Assembly: GCA_964584985.1 (NCBI GenBank)
Contig: CAZPBK010000006.1
Location: 1 to 55,037, forward strand
Reading direction: 5' to 3'
DNA: 55,037 nt
From: an uncultured Gammaproteobacteria bacterium
GTDB taxonomy: Bacteria > Patescibacteriota > Patescibacteriia > UBA11705 > JABHMO01
Shown here: in pieces, positions 26,145 to 35,324 of the stretch
How the letters are laid out: the number at the start of each line of letters is the position of its first letter
Numbering within the stretch: position 1 is the first letter of the stretch
Position numbers and translations under genes: made by a program
The notes under the pieces: model-generated
The model's input: the letters and a program-made list of their open reading frames with translations, nothing else
Told to the model about the DNA's origin: nothing
Databases searched by the model: none

Positions 26145-27011
26145 ATGCCCAATAATATTTATAATAACTTAAGTGACCAAGAACTTAAGGCCGGATATTG
26201 GTATGTTCGTCATCGCGTTTTACTCAGACAGATCGGAATAATGGCTTTATTTGTAATGGCCGGAGGTCTTTTATTGTACGGAGTCTTTGGGTTGCTCAAT
26301 TTTTATGTGGTAAAAGCTCCCGAACATCAGGTTTTGGAAAAAGAATTGGCCGCTCCGAAAATGAACTATGCTATTTTAGCCGAACTTAATCGAGCTAAAG
26401 GTTTACAGGTGCTTGAAACAAAGGTTTTTAAGGTTGAACAAGGTGTTTATGATTTGTATTCTCGAGTGGTTAATCCAAATTCTCAATGGGTGGTCACCGG
26501 CATGGAATATTACTATTTAATGGGGGATCAAAAATCCGAAGTGCAAACGGACTTTATTTTGCCCGGACAAACCAAAAATCTTTTCTTATTAAACCATGAA
26601 ACAACTGAATATCCCGGACAAGCTGATATAATTATAGAAAATATAACTTGGAAAAAGATTAATGATTATCAGGCCTGGAGCAACAAGGTTTTAAATTTTT
26701 CTTATGAAAATATTGAAGTGGATTCGGGTAGTCAAAAAGAATCCACTCAGGTTAGTTTTGATTTGATTAACCGCAGTCCATACAATTTTTGGGAACCTTC
26801 TTTTGATTTGTTTTTTATGAGGAATGATCAAGTGGTGGGAGTCAGTCAAGTTGTGCTGGATGAGTTTTTAAGTGGAGAAAAACGTTCTGAAAAAATGGTT
26901 GTTTTTCGTTCTTTCCCCAGAGGAGTTGACCTAATGATTATGCCGGATATAAATATTTTAAATCCTGATGTTTTTAAAGGTTTTGATCAAGGATCCGGAG
27001 AATTAAAGTAA
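26145..27011 (+). CDS. hypothetical membrane-anchored protein
   Basis: 288-aa ORF with one N-terminal TM helix and a beta-rich extracytoplasmic region. No recognisable motif. Confidence 0.6.
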   Translation: MPNNIYNNLSDQELKAGYWYVRHRVLLRQIGIMALFVMAGGLLLYGVFGLLNFYVVKAPEHQVLEKELAAPKMNYAILAELNRAKGLQVLETKVFKVEQGVYDLYSRVVNPNSQWVVTGMEYYYLMGDQKSEVQTDFILPGQTKNLFLLNHETTEYPGQADIIIENITWKKINDYQAWSNKVLNFSYENIEVDSGSQKESTQVSFDLINRSPYNFWEPSFDLFFMRNDQVVGVSQVVLDEFLSGEKRSEKMVVFRSFPRGVDLMIMPDINILNPDVFKGFDQGSGELK

Positions 27012-27081
27012 AACTATACAAATATTTTATAACTGCTAAGATTAAGATAGAATTATTTAATTCTATCTTTTACCTTTTATT

Positions 27082-28176
27082 ATGTTGAAAAGGATTTTGG
27101 AAAATTTGGCCAAGATGGATTGGATCCTTTTAACGGCTGTTTTCATGCTGTTTTTTTTGGGATTGGCCGCCATATACAGTGTTAATCTAAGCCAGGCGGA
27201 TGAGGGTTATGACAATTTTAAAAAGCAGATTTTGTTTGCCGTGATAGGGCTGGTATTTATGCTTATTTTGGGGTTAAGTAATTATGCCGGACTCAGGGTT
27301 TACAGTAGGCTCCTTTGGTTGGTTTGTTTTGTGTTGTTAATCTTGGTTTTATTTGTGGGCAGCGTAGTTCACGGGACTCAAGGCTGGCTGTCTTTAGGGA
27401 GTTTTAATATTCAGCCCGTGGAATTGGCCAAAGTGGTTTTAATAATCGTTTTAGCCAAATTTTTCAGCAATCGTTTACAAAACTTTACTGAGACCAAACA
27501 TATTATAGTAAGTTTGATTCTTTGTCTGTCTTTGGCTGTCCCGGTTTTGCTACAACCAGATTTGGGATCGGCGGCTGTTCTTTTGGGTATTTGGTTTATA
27601 ATGCTTTTGCTTACCGGGATAAGAAAAAGAACTGTTTTACTTTTGTTTTTGCTTTTGGCCGTGGTGGCGGTAATGGGCTGGACTGTATTTTTAAAGGATT
27701 ATCAAAAAGAAAGAATAATGGTTTTTTTGGATCCGCAATCTGATCCTTTGGGAAGCGGATATAATGTGACACAATCGGTGATAGCTATAGGTTCCGGTAA
27801 AATTTGGGGAAGGGGACTGGGCTTTGGGTCACAAAGCCAGCTGAAATTTATTCCGGAGGCGCAAACTGATTTTATTTTTGCCGTGATCGCCGAAGAACTC
27901 GGTCTTTTTGGAGTTTTTTTAGTAGTTTTTCTTTGGGCTTTGATTTTTTATCGTTTACTTTTGATCGCCAAGGGAGCCAGGGATGATTTTGGGATGTTTT
28001 TGGTTCTCGGAGTTATGAGTATTTTCTTTTGGCATTTAATGATAAATATGGGCATGAACATGGGGATTATGCCGGTAATGGGAATTTCTTTGCCTTTTTT
28101 AAGTTATGGGGGTAGCTTTTTGATTGTTGCCATGCTTTTGGTAGGTATGGCTCAAAGCGTAAAAATTAAAAGTTGA
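27082..28176 (+). CDS. rodA: SEDS-family protein RodA (second FtsW/RodA paralog in the window)
   Basis: Polytopic protein with GSGKIWGRGLGFGSQ, PEAQTDFIFAV and SLPFLSYGGS. Lies outside the dcw block. Confidence 0.85.
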   Translation: MLKRILENLAKMDWILLTAVFMLFFLGLAAIYSVNLSQADEGYDNFKKQILFAVIGLVFMLILGLSNYAGLRVYSRLLWLVCFVLLILVLFVGSVVHGTQGWLSLGSFNIQPVELAKVVLIIVLAKFFSNRLQNFTETKHIIVSLILCLSLAVPVLLQPDLGSAAVLLGIWFIMLLLTGIRKRTVLLLFLLLAVVAVMGWTVFLKDYQKERIMVFLDPQSDPLGSGYNVTQSVIAIGSGKIWGRGLGFGSQSQLKFIPEAQTDFIFAVIAEELGLFGVFLVVFLWALIFYRLLLIAKGARDDFGMFLVLGVMSIFFWHLMINMGMNMGIMPVMGISLPFLSYGGSFLIVAMLLVGMAQSVKIKS

Positions 28177-28210
28177 TTTTTGTATAAAATGTCTTGAGAC
28201 TAAGTCTTGT

Positions 28211-28239
28211 TTGACTAATTTAAGACTATCTGCTACAAT
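28211..28239 (+). promoter_or_regulatory. consensus-like promoter of rplY
   Basis: TTGACT, 17 nt spacer, TGcTACAAT. This shows the track start at 28211 (the TTG of the -35 box) is spurious. Confidence 0.65.
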
Positions 28240-28270
28240 CCACCTTGATCTGATAATTAAAATACATTAT

Positions 28271-28951
28271 ATGGTTTATAAATTAAGCGCAAAAATCAGA
28301 GATAAAAAAGAAAGCTTGCAGGAAATGAGAAAAAACGGACTTATTCCGGGAATTGTTTACGGTCCTGAATTGGAGGAAAATATATTGGTTAAAATACCTT
28401 TTTCCTTGTTTAACAAACTATATCAAGAGGCCGGAGAAAGTTCTTTGGTTAACTTGTCTTTGGAAAAAGAAGATAAATCCAGGGAGGTTCTGGTAAAATC
28501 AATTTCCCGACATCCGGTTAAAGACATGTTTTATCATGTGGATTTTTATCAAATTAAAAGAGGACAAAAATTGGAAGTTTCTGCGGAATTGGTATTTGAA
28601 GGACAGGCTCCGGCGGAAAAAGAACTTGGCGGTATTTTGACTAAGAATTTAAGCGATATTAATATTAAATGTTTGCCCAAAGATTTGATTTCCGAAATAA
28701 AGGTGGATCTTTCTTCTTTAAAAACTTTGAACGATGTTATAAGAATTGAGGATCTGAATTTAAAAGACGAAATAGAAATTTTGGATGATCCCAAAACAGT
28801 AATCGCCACTGTGGTTGAGCCGGAAGAAGAACCGGAACCTGAGGAAGAAGAAGCTGAAGGCGAAGGAGAATCGGAAGAGGGAGAAGAAAAGACTTCGGAA
28901 GAAGAAGGTGAGAATGAAAACAAAGAAGAATCCGTTGAAGAAAAAAAATAA
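28271..28951 (+). CDS. rplY: 50S ribosomal protein L25 / general stress protein Ctc form, with an acidic C-terminal tail
   Basis: RKNGLIPGIVYG and HPVKDMFYHVDFYQI match L25. The tail is Glu-rich (EEPEPEEEEAEGEGESEEGEE). Confidence 0.9.
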   Translation: MVYKLSAKIRDKKESLQEMRKNGLIPGIVYGPELEENILVKIPFSLFNKLYQEAGESSLVNLSLEKEDKSREVLVKSISRHPVKDMFYHVDFYQIKRGQKLEVSAELVFEGQAPAEKELGGILTKNLSDINIKCLPKDLISEIKVDLSSLKTLNDVIRIEDLNLKDEIEILDDPKTVIATVVEPEEEPEPEEEEAEGEGESEEGEEKTSEEEGENENKEESVEEKK

Positions 28952-29007
28952 TCAACTTGATTAAACTGCAAAAGTGCTCTATTATATGTTCGTAGAGTAC
29001 TTTTTTT

Positions 29008-30066
29008 ATGTCTAAAAAAGAGAAGAAAAAGTTAATTATAATTATTCTGGCGGTTGTTTTTGTGCTGGGTCTTTTTTTTGTTGGGAGCTTTTTATATAAG
29101 CAAATAAAAAAAACCGAAAATCAAAATCAAAAACAGGTGGAGGCGATTATAAATAACGATTTTTCAGAGTGCGAGAAAAGAAAAAGTATTAACGGTCTTT
29201 GTTATGACCTTGATTCCGAACCCGGCCTATTTTCAGTGATGATAGAGAATCATTCGGACTCCAGACCTCCCAGTGGATTAAGCGGGGCTGATTTGATTTA
29301 TGAATCCGTGGTAGAAGCTCCGATCACCAGATTTTTAGCTGTTTTCAGTTTGGATAATAAAATAAATAAAATCGGTCCGGTGAGATCGGCTCGTCCTTTT
29401 TATGTTGATTGGGCCAAAGAGTTTAAGGCTCCTTATCTTCATGTGGGCGGTAGCCCGGAGGCTTTGGATTATTTGGCCGAGTCCTATGTTTTTGATTTAA
29501 ATCAGTTCTCTTTTGGTCAATATTTTTGGCGGGATTCCTCCAGGCACAAGCCGCATAATGTTTATACTTCCACGGATTTGGTAAAAAAAGCCATTGCCTC
29601 TCAATCTTGGTCAATAAAAAATGATTTCAACAGTTGGAAATATAAACCGGAGGGACAGATTGTTGATGAAGCAAAAACAGCAAAAGAAGTTTATATTAAT
29701 TTTAACAGCCCGGTTTATGCGGTTAAATGGTTGTATGATGAAAAAAGAAATAATTATCAGAGGTTTCAGGCCGGACGCCCGCATAAGGATGCTGATTATA
29801 CACAAATTTACGCTAAGAATATAGCGATTATGTATACGGAAAGTCGGATTATTGATTCTTACGGGCGCAGGGAAACCAAAACGGTCGGTCAAGGAAAGGC
29901 CTTGATTTTTCAAGATGGCAAAGTTTTGCCGGCCGAATGGAGAAGACCTGGCTTGGATCAGAGAACCAGATTTTTTTCCACACAAGATCAAGAGGTTAAA
30001 TTTAATCCGGGTACTACTTGGATTGAAGTTATACCTGTTCAATATCCTGAGGTTAAATATGAATAA
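29008..30066 (+). CDS. DUF3048 domain-containing membrane-anchored protein (YerB-like)
   Basis: IENHSDSRPPSGLSGADLIYESVVEAPITRFLAVF and RSARPFYVDWAKEF are typical of DUF3048. Confidence 0.75.
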   Translation: MSKKEKKKLIIIILAVVFVLGLFFVGSFLYKQIKKTENQNQKQVEAIINNDFSECEKRKSINGLCYDLDSEPGLFSVMIENHSDSRPPSGLSGADLIYESVVEAPITRFLAVFSLDNKINKIGPVRSARPFYVDWAKEFKAPYLHVGGSPEALDYLAESYVFDLNQFSFGQYFWRDSSRHKPHNVYTSTDLVKKAIASQSWSIKNDFNSWKYKPEGQIVDEAKTAKEVYINFNSPVYAVKWLYDEKRNNYQRFQAGRPHKDADYTQIYAKNIAIMYTESRIIDSYGRRETKTVGQGKALIFQDGKVLPAEWRRPGLDQRTRFFSTQDQEVKFNPGTTWIEVIPVQYPEVKYE

Positions 30067-30784
30067 AAAACAAGAATATAAAGAAAAATTCTATTGGATT
30101 TTTTTGGTCGTGGTGATCTTAAGTGGATTGTCCATTTACGGTTGGAATTTATTGCAAGGAAATAATTTGGCTCAACCTCCTAAAATTGATTTGGAAGAAT
30201 TAAATCAATCTAGTGAACAGTTTAAGACCCTTTTTGACGACAGAGGAAAAGATTCTTCAAACCAAGAGACGGCAACAGAGCAAAGATCAGAAAAACAAGT
30301 ATCCGTCGGACAAGATAAAGAAATAGGGAATTTGTCAAAGTATAATCCCGGATATGTTTATTTTAAGGATTGTTTTAGGTTGAATACGGCGGAAGAGAGT
30401 AGAGAGTTAATAGCCGGTTTTTTAATGGATTTTCCTGGGTTGGCGCAAGCGAATATTGAAATGCTCAATGCGGTGAAAAAAGTGGAATTGGGTTTACCTT
30501 TGGTAAACGGAGAAGAGGTTGTTGAGCGGTTGGAAGAAAGTGATTTGATAAAAAATCTTAAATTAAAAAAATCGCCCGTTTGGTCGGCCGAATTGGATAA
30601 AGAGATGTTTTTGTCTGTTTTTAAGGAGCGTTTGGTTCGGATAACCAAAGATGTTAAAATTTTAACAAAATCTTTGGATAAACAGTATGTGGCTCGAATA
30701 AATTATGTGGACCTAAAAGGTGTTCAACCCGAGGTTTTGCGTTTAAAGAAAGAATTTTCCAACATGGTTTGGATCAGTGAATAA
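30059..30784 (+). CDS. hypothetical membrane-anchored protein
   Basis: The ATG at 30059 overlaps the upstream stop (ATGAATAA). One TM helix (FYWIFLVVVILSGLSIYG). Confidence 0.55.
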   Translation: MNKKQEYKEKFYWIFLVVVILSGLSIYGWNLLQGNNLAQPPKIDLEELNQSSEQFKTLFDDRGKDSSNQETATEQRSEKQVSVGQDKEIGNLSKYNPGYVYFKDCFRLNTAEESRELIAGFLMDFPGLAQANIEMLNAVKKVELGLPLVNGEEVVERLEESDLIKNLKLKKSPVWSAELDKEMFLSVFKERLVRITKDVKILTKSLDKQYVARINYVDLKGVQPEVLRLKKEFSNMVWISE

Positions 30785-30788
30785 ATTT

Positions 30789-31658
30789 TTATAATTTAAT
30801 TCTTAAGACTCGGTTTTTGGCGGCCAAGTCTTTTTTTTCGCGTATTTCAGCTTGCGGTAGAACCGAGTTAATGAATTTTTTTAATTCCGGTGACTGATCT
30901 TGACCTATTTCCACTAAAATTAGTTCGGGTTTGTAGGGCAGGGTTTTTACTTGTTGAAAAAAATCACGATAAGCATCTAAGCCGTCCGAACCGGCGTATA
31001 AGGCTTGTGGCGGTTCGAATTTTAAGGCTTTTTCATCTGAGGATTTTAAAAGGTTTTTATGGTTTTCATCCAAATAAGGTAGATTAGCGATAATTACCTT
31101 AAATTTTTGCTCAAATATTGGTTTAAGCAAATTGCCTTGAAAAAATTTTATTTTATCGGTAGTTTGGTGTTTTTTGGCGTTGAGTTTGGCGATTTCCAAA
31201 GCTTTGGCGGAAATATCCGTGGCCGTTATTTGAACCTGAGGTAGAGTTTTGGCCAGACTGACAGCAATACAGCCGGAGCCGGTGCCGATTTCGGCAACTG
31301 ATAGCGGAGTTTTTCTGTTCTTTTTTTCTTTGATATATTGTTGAGCTTGTTCAACCAAAAGTTCGGTCTCCGGACGAGGCACTAAAACATTTTCATTAAT
31401 CAAAAAATCTAAACCAAAAAATTCTTTATGTCCGGTTAAATAGGCCAGTGGAGTATGCTGAGCCCTTTTGTTTATCAGTCGATCCAAGGTCTTAATTTGT
31501 TGGTCGGTCAACTCTTTTTCCGGATAAGTGTATAGAAATTCTTTAGGTTTTTTCAGGACAAAGCTTAAAAGCACTTCAGCGTCAAGCTGAGCGGTTTGAA
31601 GATCGTTTTTTCGCAGTTTTTGTTTATTTTCGCTTAAAGTTTGTTTTATGCTTGACAT
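30789..31658 (-). CDS. prmC: peptide chain release factor N5-glutamine methyltransferase
   Basis: SAM motif EIGTGSGCIA. The catalytic motif is IANLPY, a variant of NPPY. Start set at 31658 (MSSIKQTL). Confidence 0.88.
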   Translation of the reverse strand: MSSIKQTLSENKQKLRKNDLQTAQLDAEVLLSFVLKKPKEFLYTYPEKELTDQQIKTLDRLINKRAQHTPLAYLTGHKEFFGLDFLINENVLVPRPETELLVEQAQQYIKEKKNRKTPLSVAEIGTGSGCIAVSLAKTLPQVQITATDISAKALEIAKLNAKKHQTTDKIKFFQGNLLKPIFEQKFKVIIANLPYLDENHKNLLKSSDEKALKFEPPQALYAGSDGLDAYRDFFQQVKTLPYKPELILVEIGQDQSPELKKFINSVLPQAEIREKKDLAAKNRVLRIKL

Positions 31659-31680
31659 TTTTTGCTTAATAATATAAATT
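31652..31680 (+). promoter_or_regulatory. promoter of the 31732 orphan gene, overlapping the prmC start codon
   Basis: TTGACA (31652-31657), 15 nt spacer, TATAAA (31673-31678). Confidence 0.4.
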
Positions 31681-31731
31681 AATATGTCAGGTTCTTTGCA
31701 TTTTTTCAACTTATAACCGGGAGGTGTCAAG

Positions 31732-32184
31732 ATGGGAGCAAAGGAAATTACGGTCAAAGATCTGCAAAACAAGGATTTGCTCGGTTGGAAATTGAACAAA
31801 ATCGGTTATTTGAAACTTTCTTCCGAACTGGGCTTGAATGAATCGGAAATGTTGTTCAAGGTTCAGGACTACGCCATTGTGGACAAGGTTTGCAAGATCC
31901 TCAAGTTCATCTACGGGGTTGAAGGCGGAGAATATCATCCGGTGGAGCGGTTTACCCTGGCCGGCGTTATGGTCAATGAGCAGAAAAGAGCCTTTTTTAC
32001 GATTCAGGACTTGAAAGAGGAGAGCCTAACGGCCAGACCGCTTGAATTCAAGGATCGAGAACACTTTTTGGATCTTTGGGATCAGGTAAAGTCTGTTCTC
32101 AAGAACAGATTGGAGCAGGAGGATTTTTTGGCGCTTCTTTTGGAGGAAAAGAAAAAAGAGGTGCGAGAAGAGTTTGACCTGTAG
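31732..32184 (+). CDS. hypothetical protein (150 aa), inserted antisense between prfA and prmC
   Basis: GGGAGG SD upstream, G+C higher than the neighbours, and its own terminator. No recognisable motif. Confidence 0.6.
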   Translation: MGAKEITVKDLQNKDLLGWKLNKIGYLKLSSELGLNESEMLFKVQDYAIVDKVCKILKFIYGVEGGEYHPVERFTLAGVMVNEQKRAFFTIQDLKEESLTARPLEFKDREHFLDLWDQVKSVLKNRLEQEDFLALLLEEKKKEVREEFDL

Positions 32185-32194
32185 ATACAGTCCA

Positions 32195-32225
32195 AAGGGA
32201 TTTCACGCATGGGATCCCTTTTTTG
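32195..32225 (+). terminator. intrinsic terminator
   Basis: AAGGGAT / ATCCCTT stem followed by a T-run. Confidence 0.65.
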
Positions 32226-32244
32226 TTTGGTTAAACCGGGTGTT

Positions 32245-33297
32245 TTAATTTTGTAATTTGAATTCCGCTTCCTTTAATTCATTAATAATCGGTTGAAGGT
32301 CACCGTTTAAAATACTTTGAATATTATTCCAGCTTTTTTTTATTCGGTGATCAGTAATCCTGTCTTGAGGAAAATTATAAGTGCGGATTTTTTCACTGCG
32401 GTCGCCGGAACCGATTTGTTTTTTTCGGTCGGCGCCCAGTTTTTCTTCCTGCTGTTTTGTTTTTAACTCATAAAGTTTAGAGCGCAAAACCTGCATGGCT
32501 TTTAATTTATTTTGCGCTTGAGATCGTTCATCTTGGCAGGTGGCTATGGTGTTGGTCGGCAGATGAGTTATTCTTACGGCCGAGTTGCTGGTATTAACAC
32601 TTTGTCCGCCGGCTCCGCCCGCAGCAAAAGTGTCAATGCGCAGATCAGCGTCATTGATTTTTATGTCTGACTTCTCGGCTTCTGGTAAAACAGCCACACT
32701 GGCCGCCGAGGTATGAACTCGGCCTTGTTTTTCGGTTTCCGGCACTCTTTGTACGCGATGAACGCCTTTTTCATATTTTAATTGACCAAAAACATTTTGG
32801 CCTTTGATTTGAAAAATTATTTCTTTGAAACCTCCCATTTCCGTTTGGTTGGAGGAAATGATTTGAATTTTCCAATCTTTTTGCTCGGCAAAACGGGAAT
32901 ACATACGAAAAAGTTCGGCCGCGAAAAGAGCTGATTCTTCACCTCCGGTGCCGGCTCGGACTTCCATAATAACATTTTTCTTGTCCCTGGGATCTTTTGG
33001 CGCCAATTCGGATTTTAGTTCTTTTTCCAGTTTTTCCATTTCAGGTTCAAGATTTTTAATTTCTTCTTCTGCCAAATTTTTCAGCTCGGGATCTTCTGAT
33101 TGAAGTGTCTCCCGGGCTTGATTTAAATCCGATTTTATTTTTTCATATTTTTCAATCAATTCCATTGTTTGTTTAAGTTCCGAATGTTCGGCTCCCAGTT
33201 TTTTGATCTTTTCAGGATCATTGATAACTTCCGAACTTTGCAGCTCTTTTTCCATTGTCTGAAAATCTTTTTTGATTTTTTTTATTTTTTCTTGCAT
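32245..33297 (-). CDS. prfA: peptide chain release factor 1
   Basis: GGQSVNT (GGQ) motif, and PEAE in VAVLPEAE at the position of the PxT anticodon-like motif, consistent with RF1. Start set at 33297 ([10 protein letters not shown]). Confidence 0.93.
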   Translation of the reverse strand: MQEKIKKIKKDFQTMEKELQSSEVINDPEKIKKLGAEHSELKQTMELIEKYEKIKSDLNQARETLQSEDPELKNLAEEEIKNLEPEMEKLEKELKSELAPKDPRDKKNVIMEVRAGTGGEESALFAAELFRMYSRFAEQKDWKIQIISSNQTEMGGFKEIIFQIKGQNVFGQLKYEKGVHRVQRVPETEKQGRVHTSAASVAVLPEAEKSDIKINDADLRIDTFAAGGAGGQSVNTSNSAVRITHLPTNTIATCQDERSQAQNKLKAMQVLRSKLYELKTKQQEEKLGADRKKQIGSGDRSEKIRTYNFPQDRITDHRIKKSWNNIQSILNGDLQPIINELKEAEFKLQN

Positions 33298-33373
33298 ATT
33301 TTTATGGATAACTTTTTTAATTAAAAACACCTGCATAGTAATTATAAGATAAGCAGGCGTTTTTGTATAGAAG

Positions 33374-33670
33374 CTATTTTTTTTCTTGTTCTTTTTCTTC
33401 TTGTTCTTTTTTTTCGGCCTCAGCTTGTTTCTTGGCTTTTTTGCCTTTGCGAGTTTCAGCCGTTTTGGTTTGCTTGGCCATCTTTTCTTTGAATTTCTCC
33501 ACTCTGCGGGCGCTGTCAACCAACTTTTGTTTGCCCGTATAAAAAGGATGACACATGTGGCATAATTCCACGCTTATTTCTTTGTTGGTGGAGCCTACTT
33601 CAAACTCATTGCCGCAGGCGCAAGTGACCTTGGTTTTTGTGTGGTATTTCGGATGAATGTCTTTTTTCAT
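33374..33670 (-). CDS. rpmE: 50S ribosomal protein L31 with a Lys/Glu-rich C-terminal extension
   Basis: [10 protein letters not shown]...CACGNEF...[10 protein letters not shown] matches L31. Confidence 0.93.
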   Translation of the reverse strand: MKKDIHPKYHTKTKVTCACGNEFEVGSTNKEISVELCHMCHPFYTGKQKLVDSARRVEKFKEKMAKQTKTAETRKGKKAKKQAEAEKKEQEEKEQEKK

Positions 33671-33849
33671 ATGGAATGATTTATACTTATTTTACTGGAT
33701 TTCTTTTGTGCCTGGATGATAGCATAAACTTAAAAAATATGCAAGTATTTGCTTTTAAAGGACTTAAAGGCGGAGGTGTGTGGATAATTTAGTGAAAAAA
33801 AACTTTTTTTGTGGTACAATATAATAAATTAGTCATAACATTTTAAGTT

Positions 33850-34215
33850 ATGAAAACCAAAAAGTTTTTAAGCGGATTGGCGGTTGGGACCTTGGTTGGT
33901 TCTGTTTTGGGATTGTTTATAAGTCCGGACAAAGGCAAGAAAAATAGAGAGAATTTTAGAAAAATGTCCAAAAAGGTCAGTCAAAGATTAATGACTGAAG
34001 CGGCTAAAGTTTCCAAGCTGGGGAAAAAAGAATATGAGGCCATAGTGGAAAATGTGATAAAAAAATACTCAAAGGATGATTTATTGAATAAGCAGGCTTG
34101 GGAAGAAATAGCCGAAGAGTTAAAAGGCCGTTGGACCGAGGTTCGTCGTGAGTTAAAAAAAACAAAACCGACTAGTTCAACCAAAAAGTCCGGTAAAAAA
34201 GCCAAAAAAAAGTAA
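33850..34215 (+). CDS. YtxH-domain protein
   Basis: N-terminal FLSGLAVGTLVGSVLGLFISPDKGKKNRE is typical of YtxH. Confidence 0.7.
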   Translation: MKTKKFLSGLAVGTLVGSVLGLFISPDKGKKNRENFRKMSKKVSQRLMTEAAKVSKLGKKEYEAIVENVIKKYSKDDLLNKQAWEEIAEELKGRWTEVRRELKKTKPTSSTKKSGKKAKKK

Positions 34216-34333
34216 TGTTAGGTCCGGAAAAATTTTCCAGGTTTAATGTATATCGGTATTTTGCGTCAATGATGTATGATATGGTTTTTTAGCCATTGAT
34301 TGATTGCTATTTAAACCCTAAAGAGAGCAAAAA

Positions 34334-34357
34334 AAGCCTGCCAGTCGGGCTTTTTTT
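34334..34357 (+). terminator. intrinsic terminator about 120 nt after ytxH
   Basis: AAGCC...GGCTT stem followed by T7. Confidence 0.55.
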
Positions 34358-34381
34358 GTTGAAGAGTAAATAAAAATTATT

Positions 34382-35206
34382 ATGATAAATTTTTTACACA
34401 ATTTTTTGCCGGATTCGGTTTTGTTTGATTTTTTTGGCTTAACCGTTCACTGGTATGGAGTAATGATGGTGATTGGCGGGTTGTTCGGTTTTTGGCTGGT
34501 TTTGAAATTGGCCGGTTTTTATAAACTGGATAAAAATATTTTTTTTGATTTATTGCTTTGGTGGGTGATTGGGGCGATTATCGGCGCTCGTCTTTATTAT
34601 GTTTTATACGCTTGGCCTTTTTATCAAGACAATTGGTTGGACATTTTTAAAATTTGGCAAGGCGGATTGGCGGTGCATGGAATTATTTTGGGAGGATTCT
34701 TGGCCACTTATATTTATGCCAAAATTAAAAAAATAAAATTTGGGCGATTGGCTGATTTAACGGCTACCGGTTTGGTGGGGGCGCAAATATTCGGAAGAGT
34801 CGGTAATTATTTTAATCAAGAAATTTTTGGAAAACCAACTGATTTATCTTGGGGGATTCCCATTGAACCGCAATTCAGACCGGCTGAATTTTGGACCAGC
34901 TCTTATTTTCATCCGACCTTTTTGTATGAAAGTTTGGGGAATTTGGTGATTCTGGTCGTTATTTTGTTGTTACATTATAAATTTATTCGCAAAAAAGAAA
35001 ATTTAAATGGTCGGATCTTTGTGTTGTATTTGGTTCTTTATTCCGGTTTGCGGTTTTTGTTGGAATTTTTAAGGCTTGATTATAGTCCGGTCGTGTTTGG
35101 TTTTCGTTGGGCTCAGATTCTAAGTTTTTTAGTCATGATTTTGGGGATGGGCTTTTTATTGAGGAGGGTCTTTTTTAAAAAAAGACAAGGACAAAAAGTG
35201 GAATAA
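34382..35206 (+). CDS. lgt: prolipoprotein diacylglyceryl transferase
   Basis: HWYGVMMVIGG, GARLYYVL, WQGGLAVHG and GRVGNYFNQEIFGKPT. Confidence 0.93.
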   Translation: MINFLHNFLPDSVLFDFFGLTVHWYGVMMVIGGLFGFWLVLKLAGFYKLDKNIFFDLLLWWVIGAIIGARLYYVLYAWPFYQDNWLDIFKIWQGGLAVHGIILGGFLATYIYAKIKKIKFGRLADLTATGLVGAQIFGRVGNYFNQEIFGKPTDLSWGIPIEPQFRPAEFWTSSYFHPTFLYESLGNLVILVVILLLHYKFIRKKENLNGRIFVLYLVLYSGLRFLLEFLRLDYSPVVFGFRWAQILSFLVMILGMGFLLRRVFFKKRQGQKVE

Positions 35207-35244
35207 ATAGAAAAAATAATGTGGATTAATTCTTATTAAATCAG

Positions 35245-35273
35245 TTGTCGGTCAAACGAAAAAGTGATATAAT
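35245..35273 (+). promoter_or_regulatory. extended -10 promoter of the 35325 gene
   Basis: TTGTCG, 17 nt spacer, TGaTATAAT. Confidence 0.55.
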
Positions 35274-35324
35274 AAATAACGATAGGGAAAATTAGAAAAA
35301 ATGTCAGCGAGCTTTTAATTTGTT

